This document shows positions 1-13,539 of a DNA stretch of 64,000 nt, piece by piece (the stretch's first letter is position 1; every line of letters starts with the position of its first letter). Source of the DNA: Octopus sinensis (taxonomy: Eukaryota); the NCBI RefSeq assembly GCF_006345805.1, contig NC_043000.1, positions 144,274,001 to 144,338,000 of the forward strand. Reading direction: 5' to 3'. A program made the position numbers and the translations under genes. A model generated the notes under the pieces. It was not told the DNA's origin. It worked only from the letters and a program-made list of their open reading frames with translations, and did no database searches.

Positions 1-1840
1 GTGCTCTTAAATTCTTAAATCCGTGACAGATATTTCGAAAAAATATTACATAGTCAAAAATGTAAAGATTGAATTACCTGCTGATATTTTTAAATTTGGC
101 AAAATGTATTAAATTTTATTAAATTTTATTATAACATTTTTTTTATTATTCCAGTTTAAACGTAGAAAGAGACGTGTCATTGATTTATTTCTTCTTATTC
201 TTGTCAATAGACAGTATACAATGATTTTCTGGGCAAATTTCGGGGTTACGTTTGTGAAGATTTCCTTGAAAAAATCCTAAGAATGATCCTTTTTTTTCAG
301 AAAACAATTGCACAAATGAATTTTACGGAGTGATTGTGGGAAATGATGCAGTTGTTGTGGAGAACTGCTTTTAGTATAGGCTTAAAATTTAGGTTAGAAC
401 ATGTTGGGAAACGTTTAGTTAAACGGATGATATTTTCTGACTCTAAAATCCGTATATTCTAGCAGGAAATATTATTTTGCAATTTTATCTTACAAATCTT
501 AAACTCTTGATAATTTATTTTGATTAAAGTACGCGGTCAACGAATTTGATCGAAATTATCTATATTAAGGAAATGTATATCTAAACGTCTAAGTATTCTA
601 ACTTTCCTTATATTAAGGCTACTTGAGGGCAATCATCTTCTGACACTCTCTAATCTCCCTCATCAATACGTGGAGTGATTTGCAAAACAATTCAGTGGTT
701 TTAAATCCATATTGATTTTATAGAACAAAAAATGTTATCATAATATTGTTCTAATATTTGTAAAATTCCTTCAATGTAACTCCCATTAAAATTACTAATG
801 AAAGAAAACCAAAAGAATCACTCGAGTAAATGGAGAGACTTTCAAATCACTCCAAAGTTGTCTCACAACATCAAGCTAAACATCCATAATTCCTTACAAC
901 TTTCACTTATATCATAAATCCGACAGAGAGGCAGATTGTCGTATCCGGAATATTTAATTGAACATGTAATAACAATGCCTTGAGGAAAACAATCAGTCCA
1001 TTCAGACTGCCATTTGTTTTGTAATCCAGTTTCAATTTATGTGACAGTAGTAACAGTTTCCAATTACGTATCAGTAATAATGGTACCAACAATTTCAGGA
1101 TAGGAGTAAGTCGATTAAATTGACCCCAATATACAACTGGTTCTTTGTTTTCGACTCCGAATGGATCAAAACAATGTAGACCTCGACGGAATTTCAACTT
1201 AGAAGGTGGAGCTGTTAAGTATTTTACGCACGAATCTGCCTTTTATGTTATAGTGTATTAATGGCGGTCGTGACAATTTTATTTTTATTCACTTAAAACT
1301 CCGACACCCAAAATCATTATTTATTTCAGAATATCCCTTGATATGTATGAATTTATTGTAACTGATGAAGCACACCCTCTTTTATCCCTCTTCTCCTTTT
1401 TTGCAGAAAAAAAATCTGAATTATATTTCAATTCTGAATTATGACTGTCAAGATCATTAGATTGTAACTTGGAGTGTGTAATTTTAATTGACAATCATGC
1501 TAATAGATTCTACGTAAAATGAAGCAGAGTTCGTATGGATAAGAAACGAACCACCAGTCCACAGAACGTGATTCGTTTTTAACTATTTTTAATTTTCGTT
1601 ACAATTAAACAATAACATGTTTCCAAAAGTATTATCGTCATTTGTTTCGAATTACAATTAAACACTTCAAAATTAATATAATATATTCGATGGTAATATT
1701 TTAATACGTTGCTTTACAAATATTCCAATGTGAATAGCTTTAGAAAATTAAAAAATATTCAATGTGAAGTATATATTAATGAGAATGCAATTAGCATTAT
1801 AATAGATTTTGTACAGAGATGTTGTGTATTTTTCGCTAAT

Positions 1841-2284
1841 TCTTTTATTCTTTTATTATTTTCAGTTATTCGCCTGCAGCCGTGCTGAACCACCGCCTTA
1901 AAGTGTTTTAGACGAAGAAATTGTGCCCAGGACTTATTCTTAAGTCTAGTACTCATTCTATCCGTCGCTTTTGACGAACCACGTCTCTTTTGTTACGGAG
2001 ACATAAATACACACACAGAGAAGCACTCACATAAATACGCATACACACACACCCATATGCACACACACCCATATACACACACACACCCATATATATAAAT
2101 ACACACAAATACACACACACAAATACACACACATATATATAACGTGGGCTTCTTGCAGTATTTGTCCACTCACAAGGGTTTTGTCGCCCCGAAGCTAAGT
2201 AGAGGATACTTTCCCAAGGTGGCATGAACACGGAACCAGTTGGTTGTGAAGCAAGCTACATAGTACATTGCCACGCCTGCGCCT
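1841..2284 (-). mobile_element. tRNA-derived SINE, family A (diverged copy)
   Basis: Same order of blocks as the better copies at 27780 and 61184 (cacaagg.ttt..gtcg.ccc, cccaaggtg, gcaagct, cctgcgcct), with an internal (CA/TA)n tract. Confidence 0.75.
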
Positions 2285-2689
2285 ATTTCGTGATAATATT
2301 TTGTATGCAAAGTCTTATTTCATTTCGGAGCAGAAAACTTTGCCTAATGTTTAATGTTTATGTAATTATATTGCCATCTGACGAGTATATATAAACATTA
2401 TGTTGTGAATGCATATGTCCTAAACACTGTATTTATCAGAGTGGTATTATCAATATAAGAGATTTCAAAAAAGCACACACTAAATTTCAAAATATGTCCG
2501 AAGCTTGCAAAGGAGAAATGAATGGAATGTAATTTCAGCCATAAAAGATATAATTAGATTACATATACACATTCATACACTTATACACTCACACACACTT
2601 ATGTGCATGCATATTTACATATACTTATGTTTGTTTATATATGTAGACTAAAAGAGAGAGAGAAAGAGATGCATATATGCATTCATAAT

Positions 2690-2937
2690 GTCTAAGCAAT
2701 ATATACGTATATATATATATAAATGTTTAAGTGTATATATAAATGTATATATATATATACATGTGTATATTAGTAATATATATATATATTAGTAATATAT
2801 GTGTATATATATGTGGGTGTTTATATATACACTCACGCATATCTTCATATACGCACACATTCACAAGCACGCATGTATGTATGTATGTATGTATGTATAT
2901 AGTATGTATGTATGTATATATATATATATAATATATA

Positions 2938-2985
<48 letters not shown>

Positions 2986-3000
2986 GTATATATACATAAT
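2690..3000. repeat. (TA)n/(TATG)n compound microsatellite
   Basis: Directly visible; it generates several spurious IY/YI ORFs. Confidence 0.95.
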
Positions 3001-4799
3001 TTTGCGTATCTGTTTGTATGTTTTTCTAATAAAATACCGCAAATATTGCGATTAAGAATTTTAAACACGATCTTTTAGAAGTGATATTTGTAGTGATTTT
3101 AAATTTCATTAGTTTGCACAAAACAAATATCAATTGTAGATTTTATAGAAAAAAGATGTAAAACTCAAACACACTATCAAACAATATATATGCAAATAAA
3201 ATCTCTGAAACTAGAGGAGAGAATATATTATGCAAAAAATGGAGAAGAATTAATTCAAGATAAAACTGGAAAAAAAATTATGCTCGCTTTCTCGTGCATA
3301 ACTGTACGTTTCATGAGTCTATTTGTTTCCGACTCCAATTTGAAAAAGTGTTATAGTAAACGTAAACAATAAAAATAGTAAACCATTGAGAAATTGTTTT
3401 TTTCTCGATGAATGTATTTCAATGTAAGGACGAAAGATAATTGATTAAGTGATGAAAATTCTAGTTCGACACGTTCGAAACATTTATTGATAATCGTATC
3501 TCATAACTAAAATGTTATACAGATTTCTTTAAAGAAAAGATTAGTTAAATATCACTTTTAGTTTGTTTGTTTTTTTTTTTAGTATATCTAATTATAACGT
3601 TTATTTGCTCTTTATGAAATAATTATATGATAATGAGAATTTCCAGAATGAAATTTTAGTAATGTTTTTCAAAGAGTAAATTATACGATGGGAAAAAATC
3701 ATTACGAAATGGAGTATAAAAAAAAAGTAATCTGACGTGGTAGAGTATTTTAATAAGGTCTGATTTGAACTTTGGTATATAGTTTTGGAGAGAAGGGATA
3801 TGTAATGAGTCATGCAAAGGAGTAAGCAACGACTCTAGTGAGACAAAACTAGATAAAACAAAGTGATAACGCCCGATATGACAAAATGCCAAAACGTTTT
3901 TCACACTTTCCGTTTTGTGAATCTCTATACATATTACTTGCACAAAGATGTATATTATTTTACACTGCAATAACCTGATTGAGACATATTTGGGACCTGG
4001 GAACTATTCAATTTGGTTCATTCCATCGAATGATTGAACTTGAACCTATCAGAATCTATTCTCAAACAGCGAGATATAAGCTTAATTGCAAACCCACCCG
4101 TATATATATTTATATATATGCATATATTTGTATGTTAAAACTTTACAAGACAGACGTTCAAATTTCCATTTCTACAGACTGTGCTTTATTTGAGATACTT
4201 TGGGACTATCGCTTTCTTGCACTTATATCTAGTTGTGTTTTAGATGTTAATACGATAAGGTTTGAGAATGACTTTCAAGCTTCCCATCCTCAGACTGTGC
4301 TTTATTTGGGTTCCTTCTGGACACATGTATACTTGCATTTTTGTGCATCAAACGTTTACAAGGAAAACATCTATAATAATTTTCAAGATTCCTCTACCCC
4401 AAAATTGTGCAGTATCTGGGTGCCTATCGGCAAGATGTTTCCTATTCTAATTAAGTGTGGTGTGGTGTGGTAGACAAAAGAAATAGTTGAATCCGAAGAT
4501 AGAGAATGATATGGAGAAAATATGTTTGTACGATGTAGGTTGATATAAAAGGATTTAACAATATTTTATTGGTTTGCCCCGGCAAATATGCTACGAAAAA
4601 ACGTGAAAGTGACTGAATAAAGAAATGTATAAATTTTAGGTAGCCAAAGTTGCCTTTTTGTCATCTTCTAAGGATAACAGAAGAACATTTTCAGATAAAT
4701 TATTTGGTTCCAAATCTCAGAGTATTCTCGATTCACAATATATATACACAAACTGTAGTAAAAAATATTATCCGACATTTGGCTAAAAATAAGTATTAT

Positions 4800-5345
4800 T
4801 GAAAGACTCGTTCAAAGTATTCGCCTTGGGAATCTACACACTTCTGCTAGCGTTCCTGCCACTGTTGGAAAAAGTAGAGCTGTGCCGTCGAATTTTGCTT
4901 CATGTCTTCTGTTGACTTAAATCTTCATTTAAGTGTTATGTTTAGCTTTAGGAATAGCCAAATGTCAGACGGAGACACGTCTCCGGTGTAGGCAGCTTCA
5001 CGAAAAAGTGATGTGTTTTTTTTGACGAGGAATGTTTCGACGACGTGAGTGGGATGAGCGGGTGCGTTGTCACGGTGGAATTCCCATTTCTTCGCTGCAC
5101 ACAGGTGAGGGCGTTTTTGCCGCACAGCTTCACGAAGCCAACGAAGAGACCCCAGGTAGCATTCTTTGTTAATCCTCTGGCGACCACCTTTGTCACTGTC
5201 CACTAAAGAGCAGGTATCATTTGACCGGTTGTACAACTCCTTTATTTCTGCTTTCCCCCTGGCCCCATCTCATAATGTCTTTTAAATCTTCTCGATAATG
5301 TGGCCTTGCGTATCACAAAGTTTTTGGTAGAAATCGATACAATTA
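4800..5345 (-). mobile_element. mariner transposase remnant (catalytic region)
   Basis: ORF 4925-5236 reads LREAVRQKRPHL..W.FHRDNAPAH...YTGDVSPSDIWLFLKL, matching the mariner HDNAPAH and YSPDLAPxDFWLF motifs; decayed. Confidence 0.85.
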
Positions 5346-5403
5346 TGTGCCAAAATTTAAGGACAGATATATCTTAGGTAGATAGATAGATGGATATAGA
5401 TAT

Positions 5404-5785
5404 AAGTGCAGGCGTGACTGTGTGGAAATAAGCTTGCTTCCCAAACTCATGGTTTCCGGTGTTCTCGCAGTGCGTGGCAACCTGGGCAAGCTCTTCCTCT
5501 ATAGACTCGGACATACCAAAACCTTGTGAGTAGATTTCGTAATCTGAAACTGAAAGAAGCCCGTGGAATATATATGTATATCTATATATGTTCGTGTGTC
5601 TGTGATGATTGTCCCGTCATCACCGCTTGACCACTGATGTTGGCGTGTTTACGTGCCCATAACTTAGAGGTTCAGCACAAGAGACCAATAGAATAAATAC
5701 TTGGCTTATAAAGAATAAGTCCTTTCGTTCGACTAAAGGCGATGCTCCATCATGGCCGCAGTCAAATGACTGAAACCAATAAAAT
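5404..5785 (+). mobile_element. tRNA-derived SINE, family A
   Basis: Head gtgactgtgtgg...ggtttccggtg, body aaaccttgtgagtagatttcg..aactgaaagaagcccg, tail catggccgcagtcaaatgactgaaac. Confidence 0.85.
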
Positions 5786-5872
5786 AATATAGTTTTAAAT
5801 TGCGTGCAGCCACTTCAATAATTATCTATATACATATATACATACATATATACAAATTATATATATATATAT

Positions 5873-6290
5873 GGGGAGGTATTTAGGGTTAAAACCACAA
5901 TGTGAACAGCCATATGCTAGAAGTAGATCACATACGATCAAACTACAAAGAAAAAATGTTCTTCAGAGAAAATGCAGCGGACACCAGAACATAGGCGGGC
6001 AAGACAGATGAAAATTATGTAAAAATCAAGAATTAATCGTATACCGGTTTCGTCTATCACCGAATAAATTACTTACGTAATCCTTGTCCGTAGATTCATC
6101 AGTACGATCGTTCCTAAAGAAATATAATTTGTAAAACTAACCACCAGTTTTCTGTATAAAACCAGACACGTGCTTAGTTCAACCGATTATATTGGGGTTA
6201 ATTTCAAATGTCTGAGTTCTGGGGCGCTAAATTCCGGTGTATGCGTTGATCAAACTTGAGTTAGCATATAACACCTTTACAGTGTGCCTG
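5873..6290. mobile_element. PLE pseudo-LTR-like repeat carrying a hammerhead; related to 44850-45250
   Basis: Shares atgctagaa.tagatca..acgatcaaactacaa and cagacacgtg.ttagt...tttcaaatgtct blocks with the 44.9-45.2 kb copy; embedded in (TA)n. Confidence 0.65.
6036..6108 (-). ncRNA. type I hammerhead ribozyme motif
   Basis: Minus strand: ATCGTA-CTGATGA-ATCTA..TAGAC-GAAA-CCGG-TA-TACGAT. Stem I is a perfect 6 bp, the core is intact, stem III is the palindromic CCGG, and there is an A.C mismatch at the base of stem II. Confidence 0.75.
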
Positions 6291-6399
6291 TTAAATATAG
6301 TATTGCACCTACTATATTAGTGAAAGCAACTACATAAAGTCGCGAAAAACTCATTTGCAATACTTGATGAAATATGCAAGTCGTGGATCGGGTAATACC

Positions 6400-6760
6400 A
6401 GAGGATGGTGTGTTATTTATATTTATTGCTTGGACTATTGGCTTTAGAACGTTGCACTGGGTTGCGGTTATCTATTCTCTTTTACTGAAATAATGCTGGT
6501 GTTCCTTTATTGTTATGTTTAATTGATTTGAGTGTGTATAGAAATTCCCTGCAGGTGCGATTTGAGAAAGCGTGTTTTCTTGTGTAGCATATATCGTTGA
6601 CAGGTGTTCCTGTGAGACTGTTGTATATCGTTGTCGTGTATGTATTCAATTTCCTCATTGTAACCAGCCTTAGCAAAAGCAGAATTGTAATAGGGTGCAA
6701 GCAAGTAGAAAATTTCCTCATTAGCACTTAGTCTAGATTTTGTTGCACTTAGTCTATTTT
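6400..6760 (-). mobile_element. decayed PLE thumb/linker fragment
   Basis: Minus ORF 6519-6704 APYYNSAFAKAGYNEEIEY resembles the PLE P.Y..AL..SGY...I.Y segment, also seen at 59.45 kb. Confidence 0.45.
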
Positions 6761-7342
6761 GTTGCTAACTTCCGTATACTGGAATTACATGACTGTATTG
6801 TACGTTAATAGAATTTAGATTATTATTGGGCTTTCGGAAAGGCTCATACAACCTAATGTCTTGGTCGTGTGAAGCGTCTAGAAAATTAACTCTATGTTAA
6901 TTTTTTTCTGCTTGATAAAGAAATGAAATTCCTACAGAGTTTGAAAAATTGTTTCATATTCCTTTCTATTTCTGTGTTATTAGCCCGGTTCAGGAAGAAT
7001 AGAGCGTCGACCCTCTATAGATCACCCCTGAAGCTCGGATATGAAGACAGGGTTATGGATAGGATGTAGATTCCGATCAAATCTGTGACTTGTGCAGAGT
7101 CGGATAACCCTCGCTATGATGAAGGCATCTGCACTCTCGGACCTATTACAAAGCTTCCCGACACAATCCACCAACGTAACCCTGCAAATGTAATGTTAAT
7201 GTTTGGCACATTAAATTAGGACTTTGTTATACGCCTGTATGTATATGTGTATATGAATTTGTGTTTGTATATGTGGACATATGTATAAGTATATTTCAGT
7301 ATGTATAAATATGTGTTTGCCTATGTATATTCATGCATGTAT

Positions 7343-7476
7343 CGGTGTGGATCTGTGATAAGAAGATTGCTTCCCAACTGCATAGTACTTGGGTATTTGA
7401 ATTCTACTATCACCTCAGGTCGACCAAAGCTTTGTGAAGGGAATTAGTTAACGGTACTCGAAAGAAGCACGTCGAT
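7343..7476 (+). mobile_element. SINE family A, decayed 5' part
   Basis: ttgcttcccaac...tcaggtcgaccaaagctttgtga...gaaagaagcacgtcg. Confidence 0.6.
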
Positions 7477-7494
7477 GGCAAAATTTACAAGCAA

Positions 7495-7745
7495 ATATCC
7501 GGGTCTGCGATGGGTGCAAGAGTTGTTCAGAGTTACGCCAATATACACACAGTAAATCAGAAAAAGAGCAAACACAAAAATCTAACAGCACCAGGACATG
7601 GTACAGGTAAAGTATTAGCTGACGCTCACGGAAGGAAAGAAAGATGTTTTAACATTTCGAGCAACGCTCTTCTCCAGAAACATAGAACAGTCCAATAGAA
7701 AGGAAGACGGAGGAAGAGAATCTCCAACGATTGACATGCGGTTAC
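7495..7745. mobile_element. tiny PLE RT fragment (+) fused to an inverted ~200-bp pLTR-like unit (-)
   Basis: QISGSAMGARVVQSYANIH matches the Neptune-type Q..G.AMG.R.APSYAN motif; 7545-7745 is the reverse complement of the unit at 24796 and 46145. Confidence 0.6.
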
Positions 7746-7754
7746 ATTTTGAAA

Positions 7755-7806
<52 letters not shown>

Positions 7807-8109
7807 CATTATTTCTGTTGCAGATCTTATGGTATTTTTGTGAATGCGGAAAGTGTTTGTTTATTAGTTTTAAGAATGTTCTAGCTATGTTTGTAGCTAC
7901 AATCCTGCTATAAGGTGGGTTGAACCATAAGATTTTCCTTTGTCTGCGTCTTCTTGGTCTATTTATATTTGGTTCATTGTATTGTATGCCATTCTTAAAG
8001 TTTGACCATTATAATATTAATCGGCTTTTTCAAAAGAATCTTTGTCGACAGACATCTAATGATGTTAACTATTTGTTTATTTGCTGCTGGTAGGTGGTCG
8101 GAACCGTCA

Positions 8110-8570
8110 TCTATGTACGAGGCTTCCTTGTTTTCTTTGTGGTAGATTTTAAGATTCATTTACTAACATTTGGACTAGGAAGCTGACTATTTTACTAATT
8201 GTTGTTCTTAGGCCTAATTGGCTAAATACTTTGCCAATTGGCTAAATACTTACCATATTCCGTCCATATCGTGTCTGCTTTCATTGTGTACTACTCCCAG
8301 GCCATCGTCCCTATAGAAACTTATGATAGCCTCTTTTATTTCTTTTATAGGATCATCTAGTATATAAAGGCCTACAAGGTCAGCTATCTCTTCACCGTCA
8401 TAGCACCCCATTGCCACTTCAAATAACTCGTCTCCATTCATTCTTACCCAGTAGGAATTATCACGAAAGACTAATGGCTTCCATGCTTTCATAATTATGT
8501 CTATATCGGTACCTGTTATAGTGACGCATGTTTTGCTAATTCAAGAGACCGAGGGGGTAGAACTCAACGA
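8110..8570 (-). mobile_element. PLE reverse transcriptase fragment
   Basis: ORF 8250-8492: FEVAMGCYDGEEIADLVGLYIL...FYRDDGL, the FDVTMGSYDGAE/YRDDGL type of PLE RT. Confidence 0.85.
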
Positions 8571-8899
8571 TGTTGAATTGCGTGAATTTTGGGTTTATCT
8601 TCTATTTTCTTACACCATTCAATAGTTGCACAACTGTATATTCAGTGCGTACGATTTGAGTGTGCTCTGAATTGTCGTATAATATTATCTAATGTAGATT
8701 TACTGTTAATTCTTATTTCACTTTCTGTCGGATTTATTAATATACAGCTAGGATTTTAATGAAATTATATTTATGGTCTTTCTGAGTTATAAAAGGATTT
8801 CATGGGACAAGATTTTCTATTTTGTCTTCTATTTTAAACTTTATGGCTAGAATTTCGTTTCTCTATTTATTGAATTAAAGCTGGTGAGTTTGTAAAGCT

Positions 8900-9150
8900 T
8901 TTGTTCTTAAAGAAAAGAGAAAATGCTGCAAAGACTTGTAAAAACATTTGTGAAATTTCACGGTGATGATGTAAGTGAATCAACTGTTCGAAGATGGCTT
9001 TCAAAATTTAAAGCTAGAGAGTTTAGCATGGAAGATGACAGTCGCAGTGGAAGACGTTAAGCAATGGATGAAGATATTTTGAAGGCAAAAATCGAAGAAA
9101 ACTCAAATTGCAAGACTAGAGGAATTTCAGAGTAGTTGAAAGTTTGTAAA
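8900..9150 (+). mobile_element. mariner transposase N-terminal (HTH) remnant
   Basis: Translates NAAKTCKNICE..DDVSESTVRRWLSKFKAREFSMEDDSRSGR* with stops; matches W..KF..G.F.LED..RSGRP. Confidence 0.75.
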
Positions 9151-10562
9151 TGTATGGACCATGTAAATGTATGGTCTCTTTTTGCATGCAAAACAACGCC
9201 CAGAATTTCCCAGACAAGCAAATAATAATACTTGCGGTACTTTGTTCTCAGCTTGTATATTTAAAGTACTATTGTTCCACGTCAATTAAGAGTTAACATT
9301 TTTAAGTATTTGGAATGGTTCTTGAGAACTGTTATGCAAGTAAGTTTATATTCTTTGAATGCAATAATATTAGTATTTTACTTAAATAAAAAATGAATTA
9401 AAAGTTGAAGAATATAAATTATTTATAACCAATCAAATTAACTGTATATAATATATAATATCCATCAACACATGTGAGACACTAGAAATATATATCGTTA
9501 ATATATAACTCTCGAAAACAAAATTAAATAACAAATATAAACAAGCCCAAAGGGGATATGCGATTGGCGTTGTTTGAAAAATGTAATTCGTTAATAAATT
9601 ACATAAATATGTATTATTTCGTGCGACGTCGTTTATGTGAATATCTAAATTCTTATGCTTGTAGGTGTGTATATACACTTATGTGATATACTGAACTTAT
9701 TGTATGTTAATTGTGAAAAGTGATTGCTTTCGACAGCCTTAATTTATGCAACATTTATTATTTTTGTCAACTCAGTTTAGTGTTTGGTGTAGCTTACCCA
9801 AATATTTCAAATACACTACTTTTAATTTTTTTTATATCAGAAGTACTTTCGTCGACGCACTTCATTACTGAAAAAAAAAAAAAAGAAAAAGCAACAACAA
9901 AGATTCATTAATTTACTAGTGCAGCAGGGAAAAAATAACATGTATAATTTTGACTCAAACATAAATTAGCTGATCGTTAATTCTGAATTTTTATTTCCCC
10001 ACAAAATAGAAACACTATTTTTATCGCTTCCAATCTATGGGATTTTTTTATTTATTTCATATTTATGTTATTCGTATAATATTTCCCATCACCTTTTGGC
10101 GATCATATATTTAAGTGGAATCAGTAACTATGCTAACATTATTTTAATTACGTTTTGAAATTGAATTTTTTTAAGGATGTGAAGTAGATCTAATCAATTA
10201 TATTTCACATCATAACCATTACGAGTAGATGAATATTAATACCGATTTATTTTAATAGGAAACCTTTCTGAATGAAAGATGAAATTTAATATTTTCTCTT
10301 TAAACATAGCCTTTGAAAATAACGATATTAGATTTGATTGCTATGAGAGGTTTTCAGTATTACAAGCTGATATGGCATTGTGGTAAACATGTTCGCTTAG
10401 CAGCCATATAGTTTCAGGTGTGGTCAATTTACATGGAACAATTTTCCCTCATCATCGACTACATCCGACATTTGGCCTTTAAATTTTGAGGCATCTTGAG
10501 AGGCGGAAGTGTGAAGAAGCACGTTTCTTACACATATGCATAAATACATAATACTCACGCAA

Positions 10563-10598
<36 letters not shown>

Positions 10599-11871
10599 GG
10601 GTGTGTGGATGTTATATATTTATGTAAGCAGATATATATGTATATATATATGTATGTATATATATGTCTGTATATATATATATGTGTGTGTGTATGTGTG
10701 TGTATTATGTATGTATACACAACCACATACATATAAGTACATACGTAATTGTTTGGTTTTGCATTCATTGACACCTATGTGCACCAAGTGTTATATATCG
10801 TACCCTTAATGCACAGTAATTGAACGTTTATAAATGTAGGATTGAATAAATGAAATTCATGGTAAATAAAGAAATAACTGTCATCAAGGGACCACTTTGA
10901 AATGCTGGATGCGTATCGTCGCTGTCGCACGCAATTGGCGGGTTTAGTAACTTTATATATGATAGTTAAATCATTGGATGTAAATGATACGCATTATTCA
11001 ATTTGATGTTTAATTATTTATTTCGAGCTTCATAATAAATGTGAGATATAGATGTCATGAACAAATTTACGAATGACCCACTGTTGACTAGAATTACTAA
11101 ATCTATCACATGTATGTTTTCATGTCAATTAATGTTATCAAGGAATATATTTCTGAAGCACACGTGGTAAATTAAGTACCACTTTTGTTTCTATCCCACC
11201 ACACAGAGAAAATCATGTAACACTTTCAATTATTGTTAGTGAAAATAAGTCATTATGCCTTTTAATGAGAGTAATAGCAAGATACATAAAATTATTTATT
11301 TTTATGGTTATTGGTTTATGGCATTCTATTTACATATTGTATGTTAATATTCTTGTAACCGTCTTTGTGTGTTAGTCTCAGTTTACGTTTCAGAGAATAA
11401 TATAATATTATATCCTTTAATGTAATATGCTGTTATCTCTGCTTAGTGAGTTTCAAATATAGGCTGCCTATCTTCAAAAATTGTCTAATTGCAATATTAT
11501 AATAATGTAGGATAATGCGTTCTTTTTCAAGTAAATTTTGTGCGTTAATCTCCTTTACCATAATATAATGGCGAGTAAAAATAAAATGTGTATCAACATT
11601 TTTAAACGGTTATTTATATTTTTGTTTTCATATCTACGGGAAATTGGGTTTTAGATATTTAATGATTAGTAGCAATACTCTGGTGATAAGACTTCGGTTT
11701 TATCTCATTGAAAAACTGCATGACATGGTATAATGCACATTAGATTTCTTACAAGGTGCAATATCTACAAGTAGTTAGGAATACGATTATATCTTACAAA
11801 TGTATTTCAGAAATTAACTATTATCATTAATAATACGGATCTGTAATGTAAAATACTACGATTATCTTTAG

Positions 11872-12052
11872 GGATTCGCACATAACTGCTTCAAAAACAA
11901 ATTATGTCAATGGATAGCTGATGAAAACTATATAAAGATATTTGTCATTGGTGCAGAGATCTTCTGGTTAACCTCAGTGCCAAACTAATTGAGTGGCGAA
12001 TGTGTGATCTATCGGAAAAGAAATTTCTTCGAAATTCTCAAGGTGAAAATCT
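11872..12052 (+). CDS. candidate host exon (unidentified protein)
   Basis: Acceptor attatctttag and donor ct|gtaagt. Open as GFAHNCFKNKLCQWIADEKLYKDICHWCRDLLVNLSAKLIEWRMCDLSEKKFLRNSQGENL only if one A is added to the A-run at ~11924-11927. Confidence 0.3.
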
Positions 12053-12606
12053 GTAAGTATAGAATGCAATCAGGTATCGTTAGCAAAAGCTAATTTGCAC
12101 AAATGAGTTTGATTATATAGCTTTCATTAAACGCACAACACGGAAGAGTACAAGAAAGTTGAAAGTCATTAACGCAATAAGATTATTTATTGTGATTACC
12201 AGAATCCAAAATAGAAAATGACCCTTACATGAGAAGTAGGAAAGTGGTGGTTGTGTAGACAAACTTGTTTGAAGAGATTAGTGGGTTTATTCTGCATATA
12301 TAGTTAGTATATATCGTACATTTATGTAATGGATATGCTAAAACAAACTTATGCCAGTGTATTCTGAAGGTGTATTTTCCCAAAACGAATTGGTGTATCA
12401 CAAGCATATTATATATATGTGTGTGTGTCTGTGTGCGTGTGCTGGTGGTTTGTGCCAGTTTCAGTGAACATGTCTCTGTGTATGCACGTGCTTATCAATC
12501 TCAATCACTCACTCACTCACTCGCTCACTCACTCACTCACTCTCTCTCTATATATATATACATACATACATTTATATATATATATATATATATACTCTAT
12601 TTTTCT

Positions 12607-12980
12607 TTCTTTTATATGTTTTAGTCATTTGAGTGCGGCAATGCTGGATCACTGCCGTTAGTCGAAGAAATCGGACTCAAGACGTATTCTTTGTAAGCCT
12701 AGTACTTATTCTATGGGTCTCTTTTGCCGAAACGCTATGTTATGGAAATGTAAACACGCCAACATCGGTTGTCAAGCGATGGTGGTGGGGACAAACACAG
12801 ACACACAAACGTATACATATATATCTGACGGGCTTCTTTCAGTTTCTGTCTACCAAATCCACTCAAAAGGCTTTGGTCGGCCTGAAGCAATAGTAGAAGA
12901 AACTTGCCCAAGGTACCACGTAGTGTGCCGAACACGGAAACACACTGTTGGTAAGCAAGTTACTTACCACTCCTGCGCCT
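12607..12980 (-). mobile_element. tRNA-derived SINE, family A
   Basis: Near full length; gacgggcttctttcagtttctgtctaccaaatccactcaaaaggctttggtcggcc...cactcctgcgcct. Confidence 0.9.
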
Positions 12981-13539
12981 ATAATATATACATATATATA
13001 TATATATATAAGGGAAGGGGCTGTTGACACAATCGTTTCATTCACAAATTGAATTCGGTGATACCAGTTGCGGATTCTAGCTCGCTCTGATAATGAGTTG
13101 AGTTGGTGCCTTCTGGTATCTCAAAATTCAATATATAATCATTTATGATTATAGTATTCTACGCTGAAGAGAAAAGAAGTTTCGGTAAGATAGAATTATT
13201 TAATATTTAATATTTAATTCTTATGCTTTCCTAAAAACTTGATTTCGAAACGTACGTCCGTGGATAACTAAAAAAATGTATGATAGATTGCAGTCAATTC
13301 ATTCTCTCTTACCTGTTTGTGTCTGCCTTCCAAATGCTGTTTTTACTGAGATCTCCCTTTTTAGTAGAAGAAATAGCTATAACCCTTTGACTGCTATTTC
13401 TAAATTCGGTATGTGGTAAGGCAACTCGTTGCTAAACCCTTATTGCTTAGTATATATATAATATATATATATATATTATATATATACATATATATATATA
13501 TACAAACTATATTAGAAGGAAAAACAGCAAAAACCAAGA

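Noticed and set aside
700-1250. Slightly GC-richer unique segment with a 96-aa minus ORF
   Set aside because: I recognise no motif, and neighbouring frames have stops. It could be a decayed coding relic, but I cannot support a call.
3979-4473. 164-aa ORF as a gene
   Set aside because: It includes a TA repeat, has a non-ATG start and shows no recognisable domain.
7020-7125. Possible hammerhead (atgaaga-cagggtta..taaccctc)
   Set aside because: C3 and the GAAA box are missing; too decayed to call.
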